Below, piece after piece: positions 52,978 through 63,456 of a DNA stretch of 64,000 nt. The position numbers and the translations under genes were made by a program. How positions within the stretch are numbered: position 1 is the first letter of the stretch; every line of letters begins with the position of its first letter. The notes under the pieces are model-generated. The model was given only the letters and a program-made list of their open reading frames with translations, had not been told where the DNA came from and made no database searches. Source of the DNA: Podarcis vaucheri (lineage: Eukaryota); the NCBI GenBank assembly GCA_965113315.1, contig OZ220368.1; one strand, given 5' to 3'.

Positions 52978-55900
52978 GACCGTTCCTAAGGAATCAATGT
53001 GTCATTAAATGGAAGATCCAAAGAGTACTTCATTACTTTTTTGCGAGACTGCTACCAGCGTAGTGGGTCTTTAAAACTTCTTAACCCCTTAGGCACTTCT
53101 GAAATAGCCAATAACGTTCAAGTCGAATAATTTCTGTACAGTGGCAATGAGGGGATCTTGGAAAAGTATTCTTAAAATATGCTCCATCTCCAAACTAGAG
53201 CCTCTATGCTTTGGAGCAGGTCGTCATGTTGTTCCTTGTGATTGCCTCTGCAGGGTGAGAAGGACTGGCAGAAATATGAGACTGCTCGGAGACTGAAGAA
53301 ATGTGTAGATAAGATTCGAAATAATTATCGAGAAGACTGGAAGTCCAAAGAGATGAAAGTGCGGCAGAGGGCGGTTGCGCTGTACTTCATTGACAAAGTG
53401 AGAATCTGTCACTTTTCCAGTTCCTTCCTTTTTTTATTGCCTAGGCAGGGCTCCTCGGCCTAGTCTTGTTGAAGCATGGGTTTGAAACTGATAAGCTTCT
53501 AAGCACAACGGTACTAAATGTGCTGGAGAGATGTTTGAAGTAGGTGCCAATGGAGTTGAATAATCCAGAAATATTTCTAAAGCAGAGATGGGAAGCTTTC
53601 CTTGGCAAATGCACTGCTTTTTGTGATTGCTTAACTATGAGCTGAATGAGTACGGGTAAAATTCTGCCCACTTTCCTCGGGACGCCTCTCCATATGTACA
53701 TACATGCACACACAATTTACTTTTTGCAATGCTGTTAAGAGGTGGCAGCCAAAGTGGGCAGATCTATTCTGGAATAAAATGATGATAAATGGAATTTTGC
53801 TGCAACATCAGTGGTAAAATTGGCACTAACTTACCTATAAGCACTGCCCCGTGTTAGCTCAGTAAGGCATGTGGACGGCACACAGACAGGCCCCCCGTCA
53901 CCTAAACAGATAGATAGCATAGGACCAAGCCTAGTGTATTCTTTCAGTTGCATTTACAAATGCTATAATCACAGCTCTAGAGTTTAAACTGATAGCTTCT
54001 CAGCACAAGGAATCCTGAAGCAGCTTCTCACTGGCTAACCAATGGGGTTAAAAATGCCTCCTGTTTTGAATGCTATTTGTGACATCTCTCTGCTCTCTTT
54101 CATTGTTTCATATTTTCAGCTTGCTCTGAGAGCTGGTAATGAGAAAGAGGAAGGGGAGACGGCTGACACAGTGGGCTGCTGCTCCCTCCGTGTAGAACAT
54201 ATTAATTTGCATCCGGAGTTGGATGGCCAGGAATACGTGGTAGAATTTGACTTCCTTGGAAAGGATTCCATACGATACTACAACAAAGTCCCTGTTGAGA
54301 AAAGGGTAAGAATTTTTTCTTGTGCACTTATCATTTAATGAGAGGGAGTCTGAAAAGTCTTCTTACTGAATTGTCTTTCTTCTGGTGAGTCTTCAGATCT
54401 CACCTTGAGTAAGTACAGTGTCCACCTGCTCATAAATATTTCACATCTTGGAGTCATAGAAATGTAGATTTGGATGGGACCACAAGGGTCATCTAGTCCA
54501 ACCCCCTGCAATGCAGGAATTGTTTTGCCCAAAGACCCACAACCCTGAGATTAAGAGTCTCATGCTCTTACCAGCTGCATCTAAACAAGGAGGTTCCATT
54601 TAACCTTCATGCTTAATGGATCCTTCTTTAATTTTCATTTTCTTCGCTGTCTCCATAGTGTTAACTGTTTTTATAAAGTTGCATAGCTCTCCCCCCCCCC
54701 CAGAAAAAAATCATCTCTACCTTAGTGCTTTCAGCTTATTCTTATTGGGAAGGCACCCCAGTTCTTTGATTTACCTCTTCAGTCAGGAAAATATTTGTTG
54801 CCTCTCCCCTCCCCCACTGATGAATAGTGGTCTACGTATACCTATCCCTTGTTTGCAGGATACACCAACACACTTCCTGTAGGCCACTAGTGAACAGTGT
54901 TCCTTCAGCATTGTGTACATGGAAGCATGGACATGTGAATCAGTGAGGAGCATGTTATACTGTCATCAAGTTGGGATGATGTCCATCCAGTTTCTTTTTT
55001 TCATGCTGTAATGGTCTTCTTCTCTCCCATCCATTTGCCTTGTAGGTTTTTAAGAATCTTCAGTTGTTCATGGAAAACAAACAGCCTGAAGATGACCTCT
55101 TTGATAGACTTAATGTGAGTGCCTTCCATACCTGGTACTTGAGAGTTAATCATAAATGATAACCTTGTTTGGATTTTTTAATTGAAATTCTTGCTGTGGT
55201 TATGGTTCCCTTTACACTGGCTTGGAAAAGGGTGCAATTTTTAACATGCTGCTTATGGTGCAGGCAGTTTTGCATTTAACAGAAGAGTTCATGGAACTGA
55301 AATCTGCCCTCGTAGACACTGTAATGTAGCAGCAGTTTGAGAGAAGGATGTGTGATACAATACTGCGGGCTTGTTTCTGTTTCTCTATTATAATTTGGGG
55401 TTTGGTTTTAGTGTTGCATCACAATTGATTGCATTCCTCTTTCTTTTATCCTATAAGCTGCCCTGAGAACTTTTTGTTATAGGGTAACCTGTAAAGATTG
55501 AAAACACATTAAAAAATGTGTAATACAAGCTCCATTGTTTACCATCGGGATTTTGGGCTTCCACTCCTATCAGCCCCAGCTAGCATGGCTCATGGTCAGA
55601 GATGATGGGAGCTGGCTGTAGTCCAAAGAGGGCCAGAGGATTGTTATTCCCAGCTTACCAGTTCACTAAATCCGCTTTCAGGCATTTATTCTGGGGACAC
55701 TGAGTATACTAGTGGGGCTGGCGGGGGGACGGGACGGGACAGGCTCCACTTCTGATCTACATGCATCTGAAGAGAACACACTAATGCAGGCATCTCCAAA
55801 CTCGGCCCTCCAGCTGTTTTGGGACTACAACTCCCATCATCCCTAGCTAACAGGACTGGTGGTCAGGGCTGATGGGAGTTGTAGTCCCAAAATAGCTGGA

Positions 55901-58900
55901 GGGCCAAGTTTGGGGATGCCTGCTCTAATGAATGCATATAGATGGAAGCAGAAACACTTTCCCATGATCTCCCCACCCACCAAGCATTCATAAGTCCCTA
56001 AGTAAGAGTTGGAATCCAAAAGGTTCACCACACGTTAAATGCCTGACATATAGCATTGGGTGGATCCATGCCTTTCGGAAAGCAGCAGGGATCTGGTTCT
56101 GTTCCAGAGCTCCTGAGTGCAACAATGTCAGCAGTGCCAAATTTAAATAGTGCTGAAGGTAAGCTGCCAAAAAACGTGCACTCCCAGTTGTTCCTTGGCA
56201 GCTGCCTCTTCTGATACGCATGTGTCATCAGAGGAGTGACAAGGAGGTGTGACCTGCCAAAGATGGCCATGTGGACCAAATTGGCTCACCTGGTGGGCTT
56301 AATTTGACACACAGGCTAGTTGGAGTATCTGTGTCACATGAAAAGGAAATGTGTCTTTCTTGTACAAAATACCCCAGCCTCCCTAACTGCAGACTCTACC
56401 TTTTTGTTGCAGTAGTAGTAGTAGTAGTAGTAGTAATATTATCTGCTTCCATGCCATGCCCACAACCATTTTCCCCAGTTGCATCTGTTAGCGTATCTGC
56501 CCCTTCTGCTGAATTGTCATATAGCTCATAAGTGACCTGCCAGATGCCTATGGAAAGCCCAGGTGCAGGATCTCAGTGCAGCAGAGCCCTTCTCACTTGT
56601 GATTCGCAGCAACTGGTATTTAGAGGCATACTTCCTTGGACAGCAGAGGTAGAACAGATCCATGGTGGCTACCAGCCACTGATAGGCTCATCCTCCCACT
56701 TCCCATCTCCTCAAATTACGACAGTAAGGAGGGTGTACAGGTTGAGGTGTTCTGCTGATGAATGCTGGAATTAATTTAATCCTCCTTCTTTATTTCTTCC
56801 CCTTAGACTAGCATCTTAAATAAGCATCTTCAAGACCTTATGGAAGGACTTACAGCCAAGGTATTTCGAACGTATAATGCCTCCATTACGCTACAGCAGC
56901 AGCTAAAGGAGCTCACAACTGGTAAGTACTTTTTAGATTAGCACACCTCATACTTTTCTGGTTCTGTGTTGATTGTAACATCGATCCAAATGCAGACTTA
57001 AGAGCCACTGGCTGGAAATTACTTTGGCGTCTCCACAGTTCCATGTTCTGTTCAGAGGCAATTATTTTTGAACCACATTGAACAAAGTTCCAAAGTTGCT
57101 GTTGTGGCTAGCTGACCTTCTGAAGAGGAAGGAACTGAAATCTGTGCCTTTCCAAGTCCATTTCGGATTTGAAATGTGCCCAGCAGTACCTTGAATTAGG
57201 TTAGAGACAGCTTGTCAGCCAGTGCCAAGTGGCGAAGAATGTCAAAGGAGACCACAGAATTCTTAAAACAACTGTGGTTTCCAAGAGATCTTCAAAGGTG
57301 TATTGAAACATTTCAAATAGGAACGGTGCCTGTGACTTGCCTTTGCTAACCTAGTGTCCTCCAAATGTTTTGGACTACAACTTCTAGGAAGCTGTACAGA
57401 ACATCTGGATGGCATCAGGTTGACAAAGGCTGCCCTAAATTAGCCAGGCCAGAGGGAAGACAGCTAGCCAGGACACTTGGTAAATCTCTAACAGCCTTTA
57501 AGGATTTATTTGGTTCCCTTAGACAAGGGACGTGGGTGGCGCTGTGGGTCTACGACTTGAGACTAGGACTTGCCGATCGGAAGGTTGGCGGTTCGAATCC
57601 CCGCGACGGGGTGAGTTCCCGTTGCTCGGTCCCTGCTCCTGCCAACCTAGCAGTTCGAAAGCATGTCAAAGTGCAAGTAGATAACAAGGTACCACTCCGG
57701 CGGGAAGGTAAACAGCGTTTCCGTGCACTGCTCTGGTTCGCCAGAAGAGGCTTAGTCATGCTGGCCACATGACCTGCAAGTTGTATGCCGGCTCCCTCGG
57801 CCAATAAAGCAAGATGAGCGCCGCAACCCCAAGAGTCGGCCACGACTGGTCAGGGGTCTCTTTACTTTACCTAGTTCCCGAGAAAACCATTATAACCCAT
57901 CTCCCACCACAGTGGGTGTCTGTAATATGCACCTTAATCAGATAATGTTCTGTCCACAATGAAGGCAGGCTTGACCCTAGGCTTTGCCTGATAAAGGTGT
58001 TTTGTTTGTGTTGTCCATATAAATGGGTGGTGTGCCTTTTTAAAATTCAGCAAGCCCAGGCTTGCAAAGAAGGAATGCAAGAGGCAAATAATGGTTAGAT
58101 CAGAGACCATGGATAACTATTGAAATGCAAGGGGTTTAAACTGAATACTGGAGCTGATACACTAGAATACAAGTTGTAATCATTAGCATTTTCATAGCAC
58201 TTTAAGGTGTTCAAGCTTGCATAAAGAATGTAGAAATCTGCTTTGCATCCAGTCAGGACATTTTTTCATCTACCCCCAGTATTACTCACTCCATGGTCTC
58301 AGGCAGAAACCTTTCCAATCACTCGCTCTCTGATTCTGTTAAGCGGAGGTGCCAGGGATTGAACTTGAGATCCTTTACATACAAAGTATATGTTCTGCCA
58401 CTAAGCTGTGGACTCACCTCAAAAGAGCACGTCTTTCTGTATGCAGTCGTCCTTCTGAACACCATTTCTCCCCTCTGTTGCCTGAGATCCTTAACTAGAG
58501 ATGCTGGGGGCTGAACCTCAGACCTTCTACATGCAAAACATGTTATTTAGTATTAAACTACAGCCCCCAGTCCCATTATAAGCATGGTACAGATGGCTGA
58601 GAGCCAAGCTGCTAATTTCTCTTCCCCATGAAAAAGTGAAATTATCCAAGAAAGAGCTAGACTTTTCCATACAGAAATGCAAATTTCACTTGTTCATTTT
58701 GAACTTTTCTAGCGGATGATAATGTCCCAGCAAAGATCCTGTCTTATAACCGTGCCAATAGAGCTGTTGCTATTCTCTGCAACCACCAGAGGGCGCCTCC
58801 AAAGACCTTTGAGAAATCCATGATGAATTTACAGAGCAAGGTAACTGACTGCTTCCTTTCGTTAAAACCCAAACCAAGACTTAGTTTGGCTACCTCTTTT

Positions 58901-61900
58901 ACTTAGTTGACCTGCGTCAAGCTCTCCTCTAACTTCATTAGTGAAGCCTGTTTCTCTGATTTTTAGAAAGACAAACCTGCTTGATTTTATTACAGAAAAT
59001 CATTCTTCAAATCCTTCCTGTTTCTGACTGAATTGCACATCAGGCAAGTTGCCTTTTAGTCCTGGAGGAGAAATATCTATAAAGCATCTCTAGTGGGGTC
59101 ACAAAACGTACCATAATTATTTTTTTGCTCCTGACAGCTATCTGATGTTATGATGCATTTTCCCATCCTGATTTACTCACAGGACACTGGGCAAACTCCA
59201 GAGAGTCCCTTACATCAGTGTTCCCCAACCTTGGGCCTCCAGCTGTTTTTGGACTACAACTCCCATCATCCCTCGCTAGCAAGACCAGTGGTCAAGGATG
59301 ATGGGAATTGTAGTCCAAAAACAGCTGGAGGCCCAAGGTTGGGGAACACTGCCTTACATGACCAGAAAGCTTGTCTTTCAAATAAGGACCGTCTCCTGAA
59401 CCTCCTGGCCCATTTCCCATGCTGCTTGAGGGAGACCACCAACTCCCAGGAACAGTTTTTTCGGGATTGTTCAGGAAGGGTGAAGGTGTGAAAGCCCCTT
59501 TGTGTGAGCAAAATTCTGCTCCTGGTTTTCTGGATCCTACCTGTATTTAGACACTCTTGGGCAAAGGAATAACTTGGTTTAAAGAACAAGAGACTAATGA
59601 TACATATGCTTGGGCGCTTTCCTGAGGTTTATCTGAGGCATCATAAATATCAGTGCTGAGGAAAAGTTTCATTGTTGAATTTGAAAGCTTCTTGACCAGT
59701 TGACCTCAGGGAAGACTTCCAGCTTGTCTGCACAAACTGCCAATCACATGGCAAAGCTGTATTTGGACTGTACCACTTGAGACCCACAGGTGGAGAAATC
59801 ATTTGAGTGAAGGTTTTTTCCAAGTTCCTTGCATTTAGAAAATTAAATAGGCAGGCAGAAAGTTTCGATCGTAGTAGTTTCTCTGATGTGCTCATTTTCT
59901 GTATCCACATTCCTGGAGAAAAGCTTGAATGTGCAATTCTTCTCCCACCTGTAGTCTGAAGTGGTCAGATCCAAAAATTATTTTACCGTGTGATGAACTA
60001 TTTGTGTGGCTCAGGCCTTATTTTTCTAAAGTATTCCGTGCAGATTTCTATAAAGGCTATGACTTTCTCATTATCTTGTGAACTTAAAGCAAGTTCAAAA
60101 CACAACTATTCCATTTCCATGGCTTGAGGATAATGGTGTGGTTTAACACAAAATTATCCACCTTCCTCCTCCACAAAATTGCAAGCCTACCTATATCAAG
60201 TATTTGATTATATTTTGCTTGTCTAAACCACCCTTTTACTTTTCAGGTTATTTCTGACAAAAACCCTGAGGTCATTTTGGTTAGGTTGGTTCACAGCCTG
60301 AATCTGTTTTATTAATCAGTGGGGTGTTCTTTTTGGCTTTCATAATATCTAACCTGGCTGCTTCAGTTGTTAGGACTGACAGCTTTGACAGAATGATAAC
60401 GACTTGTTTGCCTTCACTCTCCCCCCCCCCCAACTCACCTATCCCATTATTCTTAGCTGAGCTGAATAGTCTGTCAGTCACAGCTTAGGCAAATGGAGCT
60501 GCGAGCCTTCAGCTTCAGATCATCTTACTTAGTTTGCCACAGATCATACAGCTTCTGCTTTTCATTCCTTTAGAGCAGAGATGGGGGACCTGTAGCCCTA
60601 CAAATGTTGCTAGGCTGGAACTGATGGGAGTTAGCATTCAAGAGCACCTGCAAAGCCATAGGTTCCCTGTCTCTGCTTTAGAACAAACCCATTATTGCTT
60701 GGGCTGAGAAAGTTTCCTGATGTGACTTAGCACAGTGCATCTGAACCTTTAAGTAGGCAGTAGGGATGATGGGAATTTTATTTGGAGGATTCCATCTATA
60801 TGGCGTCATGCACTTCTTCCCTAGTCACCCATTGACTATTTGTATTTCACACTTTGTTTCCTGAATTGCATTATTCATATGAAGGGTTGCAAGCTCTGTT
60901 TTGTGTAATTGTACATGTGAATCTTTGCCACAAACTTTTCCTGAGCCCTAGGTTCTCTCCCCCCCCCCATCTAATAAACTTGCAACTCGGCAGGGTCTGC
61001 TCAGAGGATTCTCCTGCCAACAGAAGCAAACTTGGCACCCCTGCCAGGGCTTCTAGTCTGACAGTGCATACTGTTGGACTTGTGACACATCAGGTATTTC
61101 TTGGATAAAACCTTGGGTCTTCTCTGGTTGGCCTGAGAAACATCCATCTAGGCCCAGGGTGGGAGATTTGTGGGCCTCCAGATGTTGCTGGACTTAGGCT
61201 CCCCCATCCCATCACGCCTGAACTTTGGCCATGCTGGCTGGGGCTGATGGGAGCTGGGAGTCCATCAGCATCTAAAGGAGCACAGGTTCCCCACCCATGA
61301 GTTGTGTCTCCTGATTTTCCCAGGTGTAACATGTGACTTGAATATTTTTATAGGCTATCCTCACCCTAGTGCCTCCTTCAGTTTAGTCCCTGTCATTGCC
61401 CAAAGATGACTTTTCCCCCTCATTTTCTTCTCTTCTCTGGCTTTGGGCTCAGGTTTACTCTATTTCTTTCATATACTTTTCTCCCTTTGCCTTTGAAACT
61501 CAGCATTTGCCCATTCCTCTGCAGATCACAGCAAATGCCACTAGGGCATCCAGGAATCGACTAATATTGACATTATTGATGCTGCTGTACCAACATGGTT
61601 GTCTGCATTTATTCACGCCTGGCTTTACAATTTAGAGCTGTATGCATTTGTAAAGGCCTCCTTAAGAAGCATCCTCCAGAACATTCAGCCTCCACCTTAG
61701 AGGACCATTTATATTTCTTCAGAACCTGCACTTAGATCTCACCTAGCCTCCCCATGTTGCTCTATCTCCCATGGCAACCTGAGAAACAAATAATAGCTCA
61801 CATACCATGAATGGGCTTTCTAGGCTGGTGCGGGGCGACAGCTACTGCCACACCATTGTCTGCCATGATGGCTGCCTGATCTACTCTTTGCTTCAAGCTT

Positions 61901-63323
61901 AGTCATGGATCAAACTGCACAGAGGAGCTTGGGTGAGGAGATTATTCAAGTCACTTTTCCCTGCTTTGGGCAAATCAATAGAAACAACCCTCTAAATGGA
62001 TATCTTCTTATGCCACTCACAGTAAGTGAATCAATGTTCCTTTCTAAGTGCGGTACCATAAGTTTGGTATCTAAAGTCCTGGTAATCACTTCTGCAAGTT
62101 TGATCCTTGCATGCCTATCTGAAAATGTAAATCCCAGCCAGCTCTTCTGTGAAACTTTAGTCAAGGTAAAAAAAGGCTTGTTGGACACCCAGTGAAGTGT
62201 GTTAGACAGTGACGCTGCCTTGGTATCTAGAACTCCAATGGAGACAAAAGTCTACTAGCTGTTTGCAGCTTGTCAGCTCCACACCTTCCATCTCCTGCTT
62301 TCTGTTTGTGTTTTGCCTTCCCTAGATTGATGCCAAGAAGGAACAGCTGGCTGATGCCAAAAGAGAACTGAAAAGCGCCAAAGCCGATGCCAAGGTCCGG
62401 AGGGATGAGAAATCTAAAAAGTAAGTCACATTGCTGTGACGCTCGCGTGTATCCAAACACTTCTGCATGGCGTTCAGGGAAACCAACTTTGCTCAGAATG
62501 AGATTTCTGTTCAAATGGCTCACCTTGTCACTGGGATGGTACTATATGAAGGGAAGAAAAAAACCTCTTTACCTCCTGCCTAATTTTATATATCTCTACC
62601 ATGTCTCCCCTTACTTGTCAGGAAAAAAAACCTTTATCACACAGTGCGTAGTGGCTACCACAGTATGTAGTTTTTAGACTGCTTTAAAAAGAGAATCAAT
62701 AAATTCATGCCTGTCGTGGAAAAAAGCTATCAGTGGCTGCTAGTCATGATAGCTGCAGCCTTTCTTCAGGATTAGAGACCACATGCCTCTAAATACCAGT
62801 AACTGTGGAGCAACTGAGGGAGAGGGCTTTTGTGTTCATGGCCTGCTTATGGGCTTCCCAGAGGCAGCTGGCTGAGCACTGTGGGAAACAGAATATTGGA
62901 CTAGATTAGCCTTTGGTCTCACCTAGCAGGTCTGTTCGGGTGTTCTTCATTCCCATAGAAAGAAAAGCCATTTATAGTTCCCACCTAAAAAAAAGTATCT
63001 CCTTGCCCCTCACAGGACCGTAGAAAGTAAGAAGAAAGCAGTACAAAGGGTTGCAGAACAGCTGATGAAATTGGAGGTCCAAGCTACAGACCGGGAGGAA
63101 AACAAGCAGATTGCCTTGGGGACCTCCAAACTAAATTATCTGGATCCTAGGATTTCTGTTGCCTGGTAAGCTCTTGCCTGTTGGGGAAGAAAGAGCAGCC
63201 TCCATCCTAGTGCCTTGCTTTAGTCTTTGAAAGGAAAAGAGGCATTGCTTCTGCTGGGATGCACTTTTGTAGTTGTTTGGCTGTACACACCTCTTGCTGT
63301 TCATCCTTTTTATTCCTCTATCT

Positions 63324-63354
<31 letters not shown>

Positions 63355-63456
63355 TGCAAGAAATTTGGAATACCTATAGAGAAGATCTATAACAAAACCC
63401 AACGGGAGAAATTTGCCTGGGCAATTGACATGGCAGATGAAGACTTTGAGTTCTAA
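27526..63456 (+). CDS. TOP1: DNA topoisomerase I (type IB), spliced CDS, 5'-partial: 19 exons equivalent to human exons 3-21
   Basis: Exons assembled by hand; every junction is AG/GT and phases join into one open frame of 2243 nt ending in TAA at 63454-63456. The charged N-terminal domain marks nuclear TOP1, not TOP1MT. Catalytic codons: R 54129-54131, K 54261-54263, R 56867-56869, H 58784-58786, Y 63137-63139. Would give ~766 aa if exons 1-2 total 58 nt as in human (inference). Confidence 0.99.
28871..28917. repeat. (TTA)n microsatellite, probable L2 tail
   Basis: Preceded by atgggtggggtgtaaataaa. Confidence 0.85.
31440..31575. mobile_element. hAT palindromic MITE
   Basis: TIR caggcttcctcaa/ttgaggaagcctg; perfect TSD cactaggg. 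Confidence 0.9.
34599..34838. mobile_element. Tigger-like MITE, CpG-rich
   Basis: TA TSD; cagtggtacctcagga/tcctgaggtatgactg. Confidence 0.85.
35509..35644 (+). CDS. TOP1: TOP1 exon 4 (136 nt): [45 protein letters not shown]
   Basis: ttccag|TGAG...AAAG|gtaaag; phase 2 to 0. Confidence 0.97.
36395..36450 (+). CDS. TOP1: TOP1 exon 5 (56 nt): [18 protein letters not shown](S)
   Basis: tttcag|AGTAAA...TCCAG|gtatgc; [11 protein letters not shown] motif. Confidence 0.95.
38258..38344 (+). CDS. TOP1: TOP1 exon 6 (87 nt): [28 protein letters not shown](D)
   Basis: tctag|CCCA...GATGA|gtgagt; IKEE SUMO consensus, KPLKRPR motif. Confidence 0.95.
39384..39459 (+). CDS. TOP1: TOP1 exon 7 (76 nt): [25 protein letters not shown]
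   Basis: tttcag|TGTC...GAG|gtttgg; KKIKTED SUMO/NLS motif. Confidence 0.95.
40029..40129 (+). CDS. TOP1: TOP1 exon 8 (101 nt): [33 protein letters not shown](W)
   Basis: cttcag|GATA...AAATG|gtaaca; leads into the conserved KWKWWEEE. Confidence 0.96.
42561..42624. repeat. Exact 32-bp tandem duplication
   Basis: ttttagaggagtaatgccaaccttctatcaga x2. Confidence 0.95.
44130..44245 (+). CDS. TOP1: TOP1 exon 9 (116 nt): [38 protein letters not shown](G)
   Basis: taaag|GTGG...GATG|gtaagc; start of the core domain. Confidence 0.98.
47960..48081 (+). CDS. TOP1: TOP1 exon 10 (122 nt): [40 protein letters not shown]
   Basis: tgtag|GTAAAG...GAAAG|gtatgg. Confidence 0.98.
49481..49825 (-). mobile_element. 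Sauria SINE (Squam1/POMSINE type)
   Basis: (acctt)-type tail seen as aaaggtaaagg; core tgctttcgaactgctag..tggcagg; B-box gttcgaatcc on the minus strand; clearly homologous to 57527-57872. Confidence 0.9.
50370..50492 (+). CDS. TOP1: TOP1 exon 11 (123 nt): [41 protein letters not shown]
   Basis: tgcag|GAAA...ACAG|gtaact. Confidence 0.98.
50915..51102 (+). CDS. TOP1: TOP1 exon 12 (188 nt): [62 protein letters not shown](K)
   Basis: cctag|AAAA...GCAA|gtgagc; [10 protein letters not shown] lip motif. Confidence 0.98.
52360..52504 (+). CDS. TOP1: TOP1 exon 13 (145 nt): [48 protein letters not shown]
   Basis: tacag|AGAT...CAAG|gtgata. Confidence 0.98.
52707..52974 (+). mobile_element. Full-length Squam3-like tRNA-derived SINE with (CT)n tail
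   Basis: A-box tggtgtagtgg, B-box-like gggttcgctt, MIR/CORE-like gggtgaccttgggccagtcac, (ct)n at 52934-52974. Confidence 0.85.
53254..53397 (+). CDS. TOP1: TOP1 exon 14 (144 nt): [48 protein letters not shown]
   Basis: tgcag|GGTG...CAAA|gtgaga. Confidence 0.98.
54120..54305 (+). CDS. TOP1: TOP1 exon 15 (186 nt): LALRAGNEK...[12 protein letters not shown]...[20 protein letters not shown]
   Basis: ttcag|CTTG...AAGG|gtaaga; contains catalytic R488 and K532 equivalents. Confidence 0.99.
55046..55114 (+). CDS. TOP1: TOP1 exon 16 (69 nt): [23 protein letters not shown]
   Basis: tgtag|GTTT...TAAT|gtgagt. Confidence 0.98.
55787..55922. mobile_element. hAT palindromic MITE
   Basis: TIR caggcatc/gatgcctg; TSD cactaatg/ctctaatg (1 mismatch). 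Confidence 0.9.
56807..56921 (+). CDS. TOP1: TOP1 exon 17 (115 nt): [38 protein letters not shown](A)
   Basis: cttag|ACTA...ACTG|gtaagt; [10 protein letters not shown] with catalytic R590 equivalent. Confidence 0.98.
57527..57872 (+). mobile_element. Sauria SINE, full length
   Basis: gggacgtgggtggcgctgtggg head, B-box ggttcgaatcc, cctagcagttcgaaagca core, ctttac tail. Confidence 0.92.
58713..58840 (+). CDS. TOP1: TOP1 exon 18 (128 nt): [42 protein letters not shown]
   Basis: tctag|CGGA...CAAG|gtaact; LCNHQR with catalytic H632 equivalent. Confidence 0.98.
59216..59351. mobile_element. hAT palindromic MITE, near-perfect arms
   Basis: TIR cagtgttccccaaccttgggcctccagctg and its exact complement; perfect TSD ccttacat. 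Confidence 0.92.
60576..60675. mobile_element. Older hAT MITE
   Basis: cagaga/tctctg ends; TSD ctttagag/ctttagaa; a related degenerate copy lies at ~61154-61299. Confidence 0.7.
62326..62420 (+). CDS. TOP1: TOP1 exon 19 (95 nt): [31 protein letters not shown](K), linker
   Basis: cctag|ATTG...AAAA|gtaagt. Confidence 0.97.
62700..62950 (+). mobile_element. CR1-type 3' fragment (old)
   Basis: ggca.ctgg.t.gc.actgtg...ggactagat motif shared with ~19860-20005 and ~40690-40845; boundaries approximate. Confidence 0.6.
63016..63165 (+). CDS. TOP1: TOP1 exon 20 (150 nt): [49 protein letters not shown](W)
   Basis: cacag|GACC...CCTG|gtaagc; SKLNYLDPR active-site Tyr at 63137-63139. Confidence 0.99.
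63354..63456 (+). CDS. TOP1: TOP1 exon 21 coding part: [33 protein letters not shown]
   Basis: tccag|GTGC...TTC TAA; canonical TOP1 C-terminus. Confidence 0.98.

Noticed and set aside
57365-57843. 135-aa and 97-aa ORFs
   Set aside because: Lie within a MITE remnant and a Sauria SINE.
27526-63456. TOP1MT or a TOP1 pseudogene
   Set aside because: Has the long charged N-terminal exons of nuclear TOP1, intact introns and no frameshifts or premature stops.
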